This document shows positions 34,902-44,369 of a stretch of DNA of 64,000 nt, piece after piece (the stretch's first letter is position 1; each line of letters begins with the position of its first letter). The DNA comes from an uncultured Mycoplasmatota bacterium. Its GTDB lineage: Bacteria; Bacillota_I; Bacilli_A; RF39; UBA660. The notes beneath the pieces are model-generated. The model did not search any database, was not told the DNA's origin, and saw only the letters and a program-made list of their open reading frames with translations. A program made the position numbers and the translations under genes. The stretch covers positions 8,433-72,432 of the forward strand of contig CAMMOI010000001.1 of NCBI GenBank assembly GCA_946498375.1, written 5' to 3'.

Positions 34902-35714
34902 GTGATACTAGTGAACAATATAATATTATTTTTTAAAGGTTTTATAGTGGGATTAGGAAAAATAATCCCGGGAGTAAGTGGGAGTCTGCTTGCTTTTTCT
35001 TTGGGAATTTATGAAAAGGCAATAGATGCAATTAATAACTTTTTTAGCGATATAAAAGAAAATATTCTGTTTTTGGGAAAAATTGGTTTAGGAGTAGTTT
35101 TAGCAATATTATTATGTAGTAAATTAATAATTTTTTTGTTAAATCACTATTATCTATATACCATTATATTTTTTATTGGCCTAATAGGTGGAACCGTACC
35201 TTATATTTTAAAAAAAGTAAAAATAAATAAAATTAAAGATATAAGTTATATATTAATATCTGTATTAATAGTAGTTTTAATAGGAATGTTTAAAAATGAT
35301 AGTAATTTTAATCCTACTAATAATTTATTATCTTATGTATATATTATTTTTATTGGCTTTTTAGATGCAGCAACCATGATAATTCCGGGGATAAGTGGAA
35401 CCGCTACATATATGATGTTGGGGTGTTATGAATTTGTTTTAAATATTTTTAGTAATCCTTTTGAAAATATTATTTTTAGTATATTATTTGGTAGTGGGTT
35501 ATTATTAGGAATTTTTTTAGTAAGTAAATTTATTGCATATATGTTAAAAAATCATTATCAAAAAATATATTTGTTAATTATTGGATTTTCATTAAGTTCT
35601 ATTTTTTATTTATTTTTAGATATATATAAATATATTAGTTATTCTTCTTTGATTTATTGTTCTATACTATTATTAATTGGCTTTTTAATAGGTATTAAGT
35701 TAGGAAATGATTAG
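34902..35714 (+). CDS. DUF368-family polytopic membrane protein (candidate undecaprenyl-phosphate translocase)
   Basis: Two repeats of the DUF368 signature (IIPGVSGSLLAF and IIPGISGTATYM) within about 8 TM helices. GTG start. Confidence 0.6.
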   Translation: MILVNNIILFFKGFIVGLGKIIPGVSGSLLAFSLGIYEKAIDAINNFFSDIKENILFLGKIGLGVVLAILLCSKLIIFLLNHYYLYTIIFFIGLIGGTVPYILKKVKINKIKDISYILISVLIVVLIGMFKNDSNFNPTNNLLSYVYIIFIGFLDAATMIIPGISGTATYMMLGCYEFVLNIFSNPFENIIFSILFGSGLLLGIFLVSKFIAYMLKNHYQKIYLLIIGFSLSSIFYLFLDIYKYISYSSLIYCSILLLIGFLIGIKLGND

Positions 35715-35805
35715 ATAAAGTACAATAATTATTATAAAAAGGGTTTTTCTTTTAGAATGATTTGTAGTATAATATGGAATGTTAAAAGAAAGAGGTAGTT
35801 TGTTT

Positions 35806-37212
35806 ATGAGAAAAACAAAAATGATTTGTGGTATAGGACCTGCCACTCAAGATTGGGAGGTTTTTAAAGAGTTAGTAAATAATGGAATGAATGTTGTACG
35901 TGTTAACTTTTCTCATGCTACAGATGAAGAAAGAAAAATGGATGAAGAATTAGTTTTACGTGCTAGAAAAGAATTAAATCAACATATAGCTATTTTGTAT
36001 GATACTAAAGGACCAGATTTAAGAACTTGTGCTTTTGAAAATGATTCAATTGATTTTGTTGCAGGTAATACAATTAGAATTGTAAAAGAATCTGTAATTG
36101 GTAATAAAGAACGTATTAGTTTTAATTATCCTCAAGTTATAGATAGTCTAAAGGTCGGAACAACTATTCTTTTAAATGATGGTTTTGTACGTCTTGAAGT
36201 TATATCTTTAGAAGAAGATGGCGTAACTTGTAAGATATTAGATGATGCTACATTATCATCTCGTCGTGGTACCAATATACCAGGAATTGATTTAAATATT
36301 CCTTTTGTCTCAGAAGATGATGAAAAAGATATAAAATATGCTTGTGATCACGATGGGGATTTTTTAGGAATATCTTTTGTATCTAGTGCTAATGATGTAA
36401 AAGCTGCAAGAAATTTATTGAAAAAATATGGTAAACCAGAAATGCCAATTTTGTCAAAAATTGAAACAGCAAAAGCAATTGAAAATATTGATGAAATCAT
36501 TGATGAAACTGATGGAATAATCGTAGCACGTGGTGATTTAAGTGTTGAAGTTCCATTTATTCAAGTACCAATTTTACAAAAACAAATAATTAAAAAATGT
36601 CGTGAAAAAGGTAAAGTTTGTATTGTTGCTACTGAAATGTTGAAAAGTATGGTTAAGAATTCTCGACCAACCAAAGCAGAACTTACTGATATTTCAACAG
36701 CAGTATTTGATGGAGCTGATGCAGTGTGGTTAAGTGATGAAACTACAATCGGATCTCATCCTGATTTAGCAAGTAAATATTTAGGACAAATTGCTGAGGT
36801 AGCTGAAGAACATTATCATGAATATGCGCGTACCTATGATATAAGTGCCGATGATGAACAAGAATTAGTTGCTAAAAGTGTAGTTGAAGCAGCTAAAGAT
36901 TTACATATTAAATTAATTGTAGCAGCTACAATGAGTGGCTATACAGCTCAGAAAATAAGTAATTTAAAACCTGATGCAAATATTTTGGCTTTATGTCCAA
37001 ATGAACATATTGCCAGAAGTTTAGTATTAAACAGCGGAGTAATTCCTGTTGTAACAGGATTATATGAAAATATTGATGAGCTTATTGAATCAGCTAAAAC
37101 AGAGGCTAATAAAATTATGAACTTTAAAGAAGGAGAAGCTATTATTATTACAGGAAGCTATCCAAGTATTAAAGAAAAAAGTACTAATTTTATGAAAATT
37201 GAAGAAATGTAA
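35806..37212 (+). CDS. pyk: pyruvate kinase
   Basis: MRKTKMICGIGPAT, VVRVNFSHA, ILYDTKGPDLRT, MPILSKIETAKAIENIDEI, and VARGDLSVEVPF signatures. ATG 35806 after AGAGGTAG. Confidence 0.85.
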   Translation: MRKTKMICGIGPATQDWEVFKELVNNGMNVVRVNFSHATDEERKMDEELVLRARKELNQHIAILYDTKGPDLRTCAFENDSIDFVAGNTIRIVKESVIGNKERISFNYPQVIDSLKVGTTILLNDGFVRLEVISLEEDGVTCKILDDATLSSRRGTNIPGIDLNIPFVSEDDEKDIKYACDHDGDFLGISFVSSANDVKAARNLLKKYGKPEMPILSKIETAKAIENIDEIIDETDGIIVARGDLSVEVPFIQVPILQKQIIKKCREKGKVCIVATEMLKSMVKNSRPTKAELTDISTAVFDGADAVWLSDETTIGSHPDLASKYLGQIAEVAEEHYHEYARTYDISADDEQELVAKSVVEAAKDLHIKLIVAATMSGYTAQKISNLKPDANILALCPNEHIARSLVLNSGVIPVVTGLYENIDELIESAKTEANKIMNFKEGEAIIITGSYPSIKEKSTNFMKIEEM

Positions 37213-37235
37213 TTTATTTTACTAAAGAGGTAAAT

Positions 37236-38006
37236 ATGTATAATATAAAGAATTTCACAGATAATAATGATATTAAAATACTAAATCAATTAGGGCCATT
37301 TACAGTAATAGAGTATCTAAGAGATTTAAGTGTAACACCACTGACTGCTCAAACAAGTTATTTTAGCAACTTAATGAATGTTAGAAAAAGACAAGTAATT
37401 TGTAATTTAGCTAATTCTTCTGTTACAGTTCAAGCAGGATCTATGCAATGGATGATTGGAAATGTAAATGCTACAACTGGAATTAAAGGAGTAGGAGATT
37501 TATTTTCTAAAGCTGTTAGAGGTAAAGTTACTGGAGAATCTGCAATCAAACCAGAATATACTGGTGATGGACAATTGATTTTAGAACCTACTTATAAGCA
37601 TATTATTTTATTAAACTTAGAAAGCTGGAATGGATCAATAGTCTTAGATGATGGATTATTTTTGGCTTGTGAATCAAGCTTACAACAAAAAGCTGTAATG
37701 CGTACAAATTTTTCTTCAGCTTTGGCGGGAAATGAAGGCTTATTTAATTTAGGTATTCAAGGTCATGGAATACTGTGTATTGAGTCTCCTTGTCCTTATG
37801 AAGAATTAATAGAAATAGAACTAGAAAATGATGTTTTAAAAATTGATGGAAACATGGCTATTGCTTGGAGTGGTAGTTTGGAATTTACTGTGGAAAGATC
37901 AGGTAAGAGCCTAGTTGGCTCAGCTGCCTCTAAAGAGGGGTTAGTAAATGTCTATCGTGGTACAGGAAAGGTGCTTCTTGCACCAGTAAATGAAATGAAG
38001 CGTTAG
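37236..38006 (+). CDS. AIM24/DUF124 (TIGR00266) family protein
   Basis: 256 aa with the repeated beta-rich pattern GLFNLGIQGHGILCIESPCPYEELIEIELENDVLKIDGNMAIAWSGSLEFTVERS characteristic of the AIM24 family. Confidence 0.55.
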   Translation: MYNIKNFTDNNDIKILNQLGPFTVIEYLRDLSVTPLTAQTSYFSNLMNVRKRQVICNLANSSVTVQAGSMQWMIGNVNATTGIKGVGDLFSKAVRGKVTGESAIKPEYTGDGQLILEPTYKHIILLNLESWNGSIVLDDGLFLACESSLQQKAVMRTNFSSALAGNEGLFNLGIQGHGILCIESPCPYEELIEIELENDVLKIDGNMAIAWSGSLEFTVERSGKSLVGSAASKEGLVNVYRGTGKVLLAPVNEMKR

Positions 38007-38618
38007 TTATAACGCTTCTTTTTTTAATAAATAAACTAAGATTTTTTTGGTTTCTTTATACATATTATTATAGTCATATTCAGAATGTTTATGATATATT
38101 TTTTCATAAATAAAGTCATTAACAATATGAATAAATAAATGAATGCTTTCTTTACTATTATTTTTAAAACAGTTTTTAGCTTTTAAAATTTTAACAATTT
38201 TAGATGTTACTTCTATTTCATTTTGGTTAAATATTTGAGCAACATCTTGATCTAGATAACACATACTCATTAATTCTTGATGAGCTTTATAAGAAAGAGT
38301 CTGTTTTTGAATAGAGTTTTCTAATATATAAGATACCAATTCTTCTACAGACATTTCATTTTTAGAATACCATTCAAAAACTTCTAACATTGGAAAACAA
38401 ATATCTTTTAAATAAATTTTAGATCCCTCAATAAAAATTGCTTTTTTATCTGGAAAATATTGATAAATGCACCCTGTAGAAACGCCACTATATTTTGCTA
38501 TATCCACTGAGTTAACATTGTGATAACCTTTCTCACACATTAATTCAAACCCTTTTTTTATAATCTTTTCTTTCTTTTTAATGCTACTTTTTTTGATTGG
38601 TTCACGTACTTCACTCAT
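38007..38618 (-). CDS. TetR/AcrR-family transcriptional regulator
   Basis: N-terminal HTH KGYHNVNSVDIAKYSGVSTGCIYQYFPDKKAIF. About 200 aa. Confidence 0.7.
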   Translation of the reverse strand: MSEVREPIKKSSIKKKEKIIKKGFELMCEKGYHNVNSVDIAKYSGVSTGCIYQYFPDKKAIFIEGSKIYLKDICFPMLEVFEWYSKNEMSVEELVSYILENSIQKQTLSYKAHQELMSMCYLDQDVAQIFNQNEIEVTSKIVKILKAKNCFKNNSKESIHLFIHIVNDFIYEKIYHKHSEYDYNNMYKETKKILVYLLKKEAL

Positions 38619-38640
38619 TGATAACTCCCTTAAAAATAAA

Positions 38641-39558
38641 TTACTTTAGAAAACCTTTTATAATTAGTTTTTCTGCTTCTTTTTCAGATAATCCTAAGCT
38701 CATTAATTTAATAAGTTGTTCTCCGGCAATTTTTCCAATTGCGGCTTCATGAATAAGATTTGCATCCGGATTTTTGGCATATATTTGAGGAATTGCTTTT
38801 ACTTTTCCTTTATCTTTTAAAATAGCATCACATTCTACATGAGCATAACAATTTGCATTACCAATAACATTAGAAACAAATTCTTGGTAAGAATTTTCTG
38901 TTGCTACACTTCGTGAAACGACATGAGTGCTAGCATTTGTACCATTTAATTCAACATCAAAGACAGTTGTGGCATTTTGAGAATCACTAGTTAAAATCTT
39001 TTCATTAATTATTAATGTAGCATTACCATCTAAAATAGCTTTAGTTTTTCTAGTAGTTTGGTCAACTCCCTTTATTTGAGTTGTATCCATAGTCATATTA
39101 GAACCAGGTTGCATATAAATTTCGGTTAAAGGATTTAATATTTTCTTGCCATTTCCTATACCTTCACCATAATGTTTTTCAATATATTTCACTTTGGCAT
39201 CTTCTTCTAAATAAAATCGATGAATACCATCATGTTCACTATCTTGGTGTTCATCATTATGAACTCCACATCCCGCTAAAATTACTACATTTGAATTTTT
39301 ACCAATATGAAAATCATTATAAACAACATCTGTTAAACCACTTTCGGTTATTATAACAGGAATATGAACAATACCTATAAGGGTATTTTCTTTAACATAA
39401 ATATCAATTCCTTTATTATCTTCTTTAGATATGATATCTATATATGGACTAATTTGTCTTTTAATACTTTTTCCGTTTTTTCGAATATTATAAGCATGAG
39501 CTTTTCTTATATTTTTGTCACTTATTTTATTTAATAATTTCTGGTCAATATCATTCAT
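38641..39558 (-). CDS. SufB/SufD-family (UPF0051) protein
   Basis: C-terminal beta-helix pattern HVVSRSVATENSYQEFVSNVIGNANCYAHVECDAIL...AKNPDANLIHEAAIGKIAGEQL matches the SufD family. Confidence 0.6.
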   Translation of the reverse strand: MNDIDQKLLNKISDKNIRKAHAYNIRKNGKSIKRQISPYIDIISKEDNKGIDIYVKENTLIGIVHIPVIITESGLTDVVYNDFHIGKNSNVVILAGCGVHNDEHQDSEHDGIHRFYLEEDAKVKYIEKHYGEGIGNGKKILNPLTEIYMQPGSNMTMDTTQIKGVDQTTRKTKAILDGNATLIINEKILTSDSQNATTVFDVELNGTNASTHVVSRSVATENSYQEFVSNVIGNANCYAHVECDAILKDKGKVKAIPQIYAKNPDANLIHEAAIGKIAGEQLIKLMSLGLSEKEAEKLIIKGFLK

Positions 39559-40267
39559 TTATTTTATTTCCTTTCTGACAACATTTTTCTTCATTTAAAA
39601 TTATTTTAAGCATAGAATTTTTATTTCCTATATTTTTAACTTGTCCTTTTTCTAATAAGATAATTTGATCAGCAATACGAAGTATACGTTCTTGATGAGA
39701 AATTACTAATGTAATTCCTTGACTTTCTTTTTCTAAATCTTTAAATACTTCAATTAAGTTTTGAAAACTCCATAAATCTATACCAGCTTCTGGCTCATCA
39801 AAAATAGCAACTTTAGGATTTCTGGCAATTACTGTAGCTATTTCAATTCGTTTTAATTCTCCACCGGACAAAGAAGCATTTATTTCCCGATCAATATATT
39901 CATTTGCACATAAACCTACTTTAGATAAAATATTACAAGCATCTTTTTTGTCAATATTCTTATTAACAGCAATTTTTAGTAAGTCATATACAGTAAGGCC
40001 TTTAAAACGTACTGGTTGTTGAAATGCAAAAGCTAATCCTTTTTTTGCCCGTTGATCTACACTTAATGAAGTAATATCCTCACCATTAAATAAAATTTGC
40101 CCTTGATCAGGTTTTAAAATGCCCGTAATTATCTTTGCTAAAGTGCTTTTACCAGAACCATTTGGTCCTGTAATTACGTAAAACTTAGTTTCATCTAATA
40201 CTAAATTAATGTGATTTAAAATTTTTTTATTATCTCTTTCAAAACAAATATCTTTAATTTCTAACAT
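39551..40267 (-). CDS. SufC-like ABC ATPase
   Basis: Walker A GPNGSGKST, signature LSGGELKR, Walker B IFDEPEAGID. Overlaps the SufD-like gene by 8 nt. Confidence 0.7.
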   Translation of the reverse strand: MLEIKDICFERDNKKILNHINLVLDETKFYVITGPNGSGKSTLAKIITGILKPDQGQILFNGEDITSLSVDQRAKKGLAFAFQQPVRFKGLTVYDLLKIAVNKNIDKKDACNILSKVGLCANEYIDREINASLSGGELKRIEIATVIARNPKVAIFDEPEAGIDLWSFQNLIEVFKDLEKESQGITLVISHQERILRIADQIILLEKGQVKNIGNKNSMLKIILNEEKCCQKGNKINE

Positions 40268-40407
40268 TTATATAATCCTTTCGTAACATGAAAAATATTT
40301 CATGTTAATTATACCTTTTCTAGAAAAATGCGTCAACGTAATTTTTTGACATATTTTCATTTTGAGTTGTTTAATTATAACAATTAGCTTATAATAAGGA
40401 TGTAGTT

Positions 40408-40484
<77 letters not shown>

Positions 40485-40494
40485 GATTGATAGA

Positions 40495-40520
40495 AAACTC
40501 GAATTTTTATATTCGAGTTT
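40495..40520 (+). terminator. intrinsic terminator (10-bp stem) after tRNA-Arg(CCT)
   Basis: AAACTCGAAT-TTTTAT-ATTCGAGTTT followed by TATTATATTTT. The same 28-nt element follows tRNA-Arg(TCT) at 61406-61431. Confidence 0.65.
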
Positions 40521-40711
40521 TATTATATTTTAAAATATAATAATGTAGATGGTTCTAATTCTAATTATCAATTACTTGATTTAAGAGTAAGAACAGATGC
40601 TTTAGTTTTAACAATGACAAAAATAATTATTTATTTTAGAAAATAAAAGTACAGGTAAACCTCATCAAGGCACTAATAGGAAATTTTTTCAAATTATTTG
40701 AAATTTTATGA

Positions 40712-41533
40712 CTATTTTTTTGTATATTTATAATAAAGAATTTTTTGGCTTTCTTTTTTATCTATAAATAATTCTTCATAATTAAAATAGTTTTGAAATA
40801 ATATTTTTTCTTTATTTAAAAGTTCAGAATGTTGAGGTATTTGAGAACAAATAATTGAACCATTATTATTTAATAAATTCCATAAGTTTTCACAAATAAT
40901 AGTTAATTTTTTTGTATTGTTACGATTATAGTCTAAAATATTTGTTAAAAATATAATATCATATGTTTCTTTTATATCAATTAATTTATTTCCAATATCA
41001 ATGTTATTATATTTTATAATTAAATCATTTAAAATTTCTTTTAATTCAACTATTTTTATTTTATATGGAACATCAGGTTTTTCTATATATTCAAAAAGTA
41101 TATTACTATAAAAGTGTATATTATCTATTTTATTCAAAAAATATTGCCAAAATATTTGACTATCCTGCTCATCTTTAGATATAAATCTTGCATGATTAAC
41201 TATATATAGTAATTCACTTATTGATAAACCATCAGCATCTATATATTTCCAATTTAATATCCATTTGCGAAGATGAAAATATCTATAAGTAATTGGATTG
41301 ATATCAAAGCAATCAACTTTTTTGGCACCGTTTGTCAATGCAGAAAATAATATATCTGATGATGACATAACTGTATATACATCTTTATTTGTTAAATCAA
41401 TTTCTTTAAAAAGTTTTACTAAATTTTCATTTGTTCTTGAATAAATAAAACCAAATATATCACTACATTGTTTATTTAAAATAGAATCAACATATTTTAT
41501 ATCTTTTTCTAAATTATTCATATAATATTTCAC
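40712..41533 (-). CDS. Rossmann-fold methyltransferase-like protein with non-canonical glycine loop, hypothetical
   Basis: DVYTVMSSSDILFSALTNGAKKVDCFDINP aligns to class I MTase motif I-II (xxGxGxG replaced by MSSSD). YDIIFLTNILDY resembles the post-II/motif IV region. 273 aa. Confidence 0.35.
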   Translation of the reverse strand: MKYYMNNLEKDIKYVDSILNKQCSDIFGFIYSRTNENLVKLFKEIDLTNKDVYTVMSSSDILFSALTNGAKKVDCFDINPITYRYFHLRKWILNWKYIDADGLSISELLYIVNHARFISKDEQDSQIFWQYFLNKIDNIHFYSNILFEYIEKPDVPYKIKIVELKEILNDLIIKYNNIDIGNKLIDIKETYDIIFLTNILDYNRNNTKKLTIICENLWNLLNNNGSIICSQIPQHSELLNKEKILFQNYFNYEELFIDKKESQKILYYKYTKK

Positions 41534-41694
41534 CTCAAAAATTAAAGTTATTATATATTATTAAATTAGATTATACAAATGCTATTATAAAATTATACTA
41601 TATTTTTATTAAAAAATAGGAAAGTAGGTGTTAGGTTAGGAAATTAGAATTTAACAAAGAAATGTTTAGTTGAAGTGACTTATATATTGAAAAA

Positions 41695-41722
41695 AGGACT
41701 ATGATTTTTAATTCATAGTCCT
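41695..41722. terminator. strong hairpin, probably a bidirectional terminator
   Basis: AGGACTATGA-TTTTTAAT-TCATAGTCCT, a perfect 10-bp stem, between the minus-strand genes 41753..42841 and 40712..41533. Confidence 0.5.
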
Positions 41723-41752
41723 TATATAAAATACTTCCATGTTGGATAAATA

Positions 41753-42841
41753 CTATTTTTTCCTCTTCATTAAATAAGCTTGTGGAAGTTCGTTATCTCC
41801 CATTCTTAGTGATTTTTCCCATACACTTTGTGGAATTATTTTTTGATATTCTGGATTAAAAGCTATGGAATAACCCTCAGCATCTCCACGAATAATGCCT
41901 CTTACTAGATAGTTATCTTCAAAATCAAAAGTATATCTTTCCACTACGGCAAGATAACTAATTGCTCCTTCTTTATTTCCTTTTTTAATTTCACGCATAA
42001 TTTGATTGCCTAAACGTTTATGAATATATTTAAATGCCTGAGTACAATCAGAAGTTATAAAAGTTTTATAATCTTTTATTCTTAGCATTCTTTGGATATC
42101 TATATCATCCCAATTAATATTAATCATTTTTTTTGCATCAGTAGTAATAAGTTTTGTCCCAGCAAATAAATGATTTGGATGACAAATATGAATACAATGA
42201 TTATCCCATACTGATAACATGTCTTGCATTAATTTTTTTCCATCTTCAGTTAATATAGTTTTTTTATCACTTTCTAAACGAGTAAAATTTGTTAAAGATG
42301 TGTAATCTATAGTTATTTCATTATTATGGTCAGTACAAAGTTTATCAAATTTTAATTTTCCGAGATCTGTTAATCTAATTTCATTGTAAATAACTTCATC
42401 TTGTAATGTGGTTGTAATGTAGCCTTTTTTAGCTAATTTTTTTAATTCTTTTTGTTGTGTTTTACTGAAAATATTATCAATGGATTCTTCTTTAATACTA
42501 CCATAGTATTCAATTTTTCTTAACATAAATTCTTCAATATCAAAGTATTGAAAATATTTATTAACACAAGTTCCTGCAATTTGCTCTAATCTTTTTTCTA
42601 ATGTAGATTTGTTTTCAGAAATATAAGATTCAACAGTTATTCCATCTTTTAAAGAAATTTTCCCATCAGTTATTTTTATATAATTTTTTAAATAATCTAA
42701 TTTTAAACTATTAAGTTGATAATTTGGATTTCTTTTTAAAAAATCTTGCGTTAATAAAAAAATGTCTAAACTTGAAATATCATCAAATTGTAGCAATGCT
42801 CCTGCAACTAATTGTTCGGTATGCAAAATTGTTTTAGCCAT
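41753..42841 (-). CDS. hypothetical protein (362 aa)
   Basis: Long ORF with AGGAG-like SD. No recognisable family. Contains the HCIHICHPNH His/Cys cluster. Confidence 0.4.
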   Translation of the reverse strand: MAKTILHTEQLVAGALLQFDDISSLDIFLLTQDFLKRNPNYQLNSLKLDYLKNYIKITDGKISLKDGITVESYISENKSTLEKRLEQIAGTCVNKYFQYFDIEEFMLRKIEYYGSIKEESIDNIFSKTQQKELKKLAKKGYITTTLQDEVIYNEIRLTDLGKLKFDKLCTDHNNEITIDYTSLTNFTRLESDKKTILTEDGKKLMQDMLSVWDNHCIHICHPNHLFAGTKLITTDAKKMININWDDIDIQRMLRIKDYKTFITSDCTQAFKYIHKRLGNQIMREIKKGNKEGAISYLAVVERYTFDFEDNYLVRGIIRGDAEGYSIAFNPEYQKIIPQSVWEKSLRMGDNELPQAYLMKRKK

Positions 42842-42932
42842 ATATAAAAATCTCCTTCACTTAATTACTTATTATAGCATAAAAGCACTTAATTTTAGAT
42901 TAGGTGCTTTTTATATAACTTAATATAAAGTT

Positions 42933-43451
42933 TTATTTTCTATTAAACACATTTTTAATTAATTTTTTTATTCCTGTTTCTTGTCTACATTCAGTAGGGC
43001 AATCTATACCATTAGGTAGTTTTATTTTAAGACGACCTTGTTTCATCCATACAATATCTCTTATAGAAAGTATTTTAAAATCAAGTAATTCAACTTGTGA
43101 TATCATAAACATATTATTTTTTCTTTCATCTTCTGACATAGAATTAAATCTTTTTGCTAAATCATCACGCTTTTGACAAACACTTTGTCCCAAATCAATC
43201 AGTTCTTTTTCTGTTAAGTTTTTAATACTACTAAAGTCAACCATCCAATCTAAAGAGGAAAAAAATTCAATTTCTTCTGGTAAATTAAATTCAAGGAATT
43301 CATATCTATTAGTATCATCAATAATAGTTACATCTTTATTAAATGCTTTTGTAAATATCGAAGCGGGAATAAATAAATCATAACAATAGCTATTTAAGTA
43401 TGCCAAATCATTTTTTTGAACATACGCAGCATTTTGAGTAATTATTTTCAT
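42933..43451 (-). CDS. hypothetical protein (172 aa)
   Basis: ORF preceded by AAGGAGATTG. No recognisable family. First gene of a minus-strand unit divergent from 43623..44312. Confidence 0.4.
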   Translation of the reverse strand: MKIITQNAAYVQKNDLAYLNSYCYDLFIPASIFTKAFNKDVTIIDDTNRYEFLEFNLPEEIEFFSSLDWMVDFSSIKNLTEKELIDLGQSVCQKRDDLAKRFNSMSEDERKNNMFMISQVELLDFKILSIRDIVWMKQGRLKIKLPNGIDCPTECRQETGIKKLIKNVFNRK

Positions 43452-43622
43452 TATTACAATCTCCTTATGAATAGTTAAAACTAATCACCTTTTTTAAAAT
43501 TTAGGTATATAATATCACAATTGCTAAAAAAATACTATAAATATTGTACTTAGTTAAAAAATTGCTAAATTTATTTTAATATGCTAGTATATCTAATACT
43601 TAAACAAAAGGGGGGCATTAAT

Positions 43623-44312
43623 ATGGCAAATTTATTAGAAAAGAAAAAATGGGAATTACATGAAAAAAAATATAAATTATTACTGGAATATGGAGCTAAA
43701 AAGGGGTTAATAAAAGTTTATGATGAAAAATTAATTGCTGATTTAAGACAAGTTTACTATAAAGGGTTGCCAGTTTCTATTTTAATTTTACATAAATGGC
43801 TTAGTAATGGGCATTGTTTTGATAGGGCATTATTGATAAGTTTAGGATTTAATGATGATGATTTTCAAGTCATTACAGCTAATGTTGATAGCTTACGCCT
43901 AAATCCTTATTACATTGATGAATATCAAAAAAATAAAATCAGTAATGATTATGCAACTCATCGTTTTGCTCAAAGGATAAAAAAAGATGGAACAACTTGG
44001 ATTTATGATACATCAATAGGGTTAATATTTGACAAAGAATTATATTCTAAAATAGAAAATCCAAGAATAAAATATGTATTTGATAAACAAACAACACTAG
44101 AATGTTTAGATGATTTTCAAAAAGAATCAAACATAGAAGAAGATAAATATGCTTTACCATTAATATTACCTAATCTAGAGCGATATTTAGTACCAATACA
44201 ACCATTTTATTATGAGTTGCTTAAACAAGAAATTGCTTTATTTAAAAAAACTATACATTATGAAAAAATATGTAAAGAGATCAGTGAGGATTTTACGCGC
44301 AAAATGTTTTAA
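43623..44312 (+). CDS. transglutaminase-like / papain-like cysteine peptidase-fold protein, hypothetical
   Basis: ATG 43623 after AAAGGGGGG. Cys in SNGHCFDRALLISLGF, His in ATHRFAQRIKKDGTTW, and Asp in IYDTS are spaced and flanked like the transglutaminase-like core (G.C..A...; H.W.E...W..D.T). Confidence 0.4.
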   Translation: MANLLEKKKWELHEKKYKLLLEYGAKKGLIKVYDEKLIADLRQVYYKGLPVSILILHKWLSNGHCFDRALLISLGFNDDDFQVITANVDSLRLNPYYIDEYQKNKISNDYATHRFAQRIKKDGTTWIYDTSIGLIFDKELYSKIENPRIKYVFDKQTTLECLDDFQKESNIEEDKYALPLILPNLERYLVPIQPFYYELLKQEIALFKKTIHYEKICKEISEDFTRKMF

Positions 44313-44369
44313 TTTACTCAGTAAGATTAATTTTTATAAATAAAAAAATTCCTAATAAATTTTAGAAAT

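Noticed and set aside
40530-40711. Possible integrase remnant or attR repeat bounding the tRNA-Arg island
   Set aside because: No ORF with integrase motifs in any frame. No direct repeat of the tRNA-Arg 3' end found between 44.3 and 45.3 kb. Island boundaries remain undefined.
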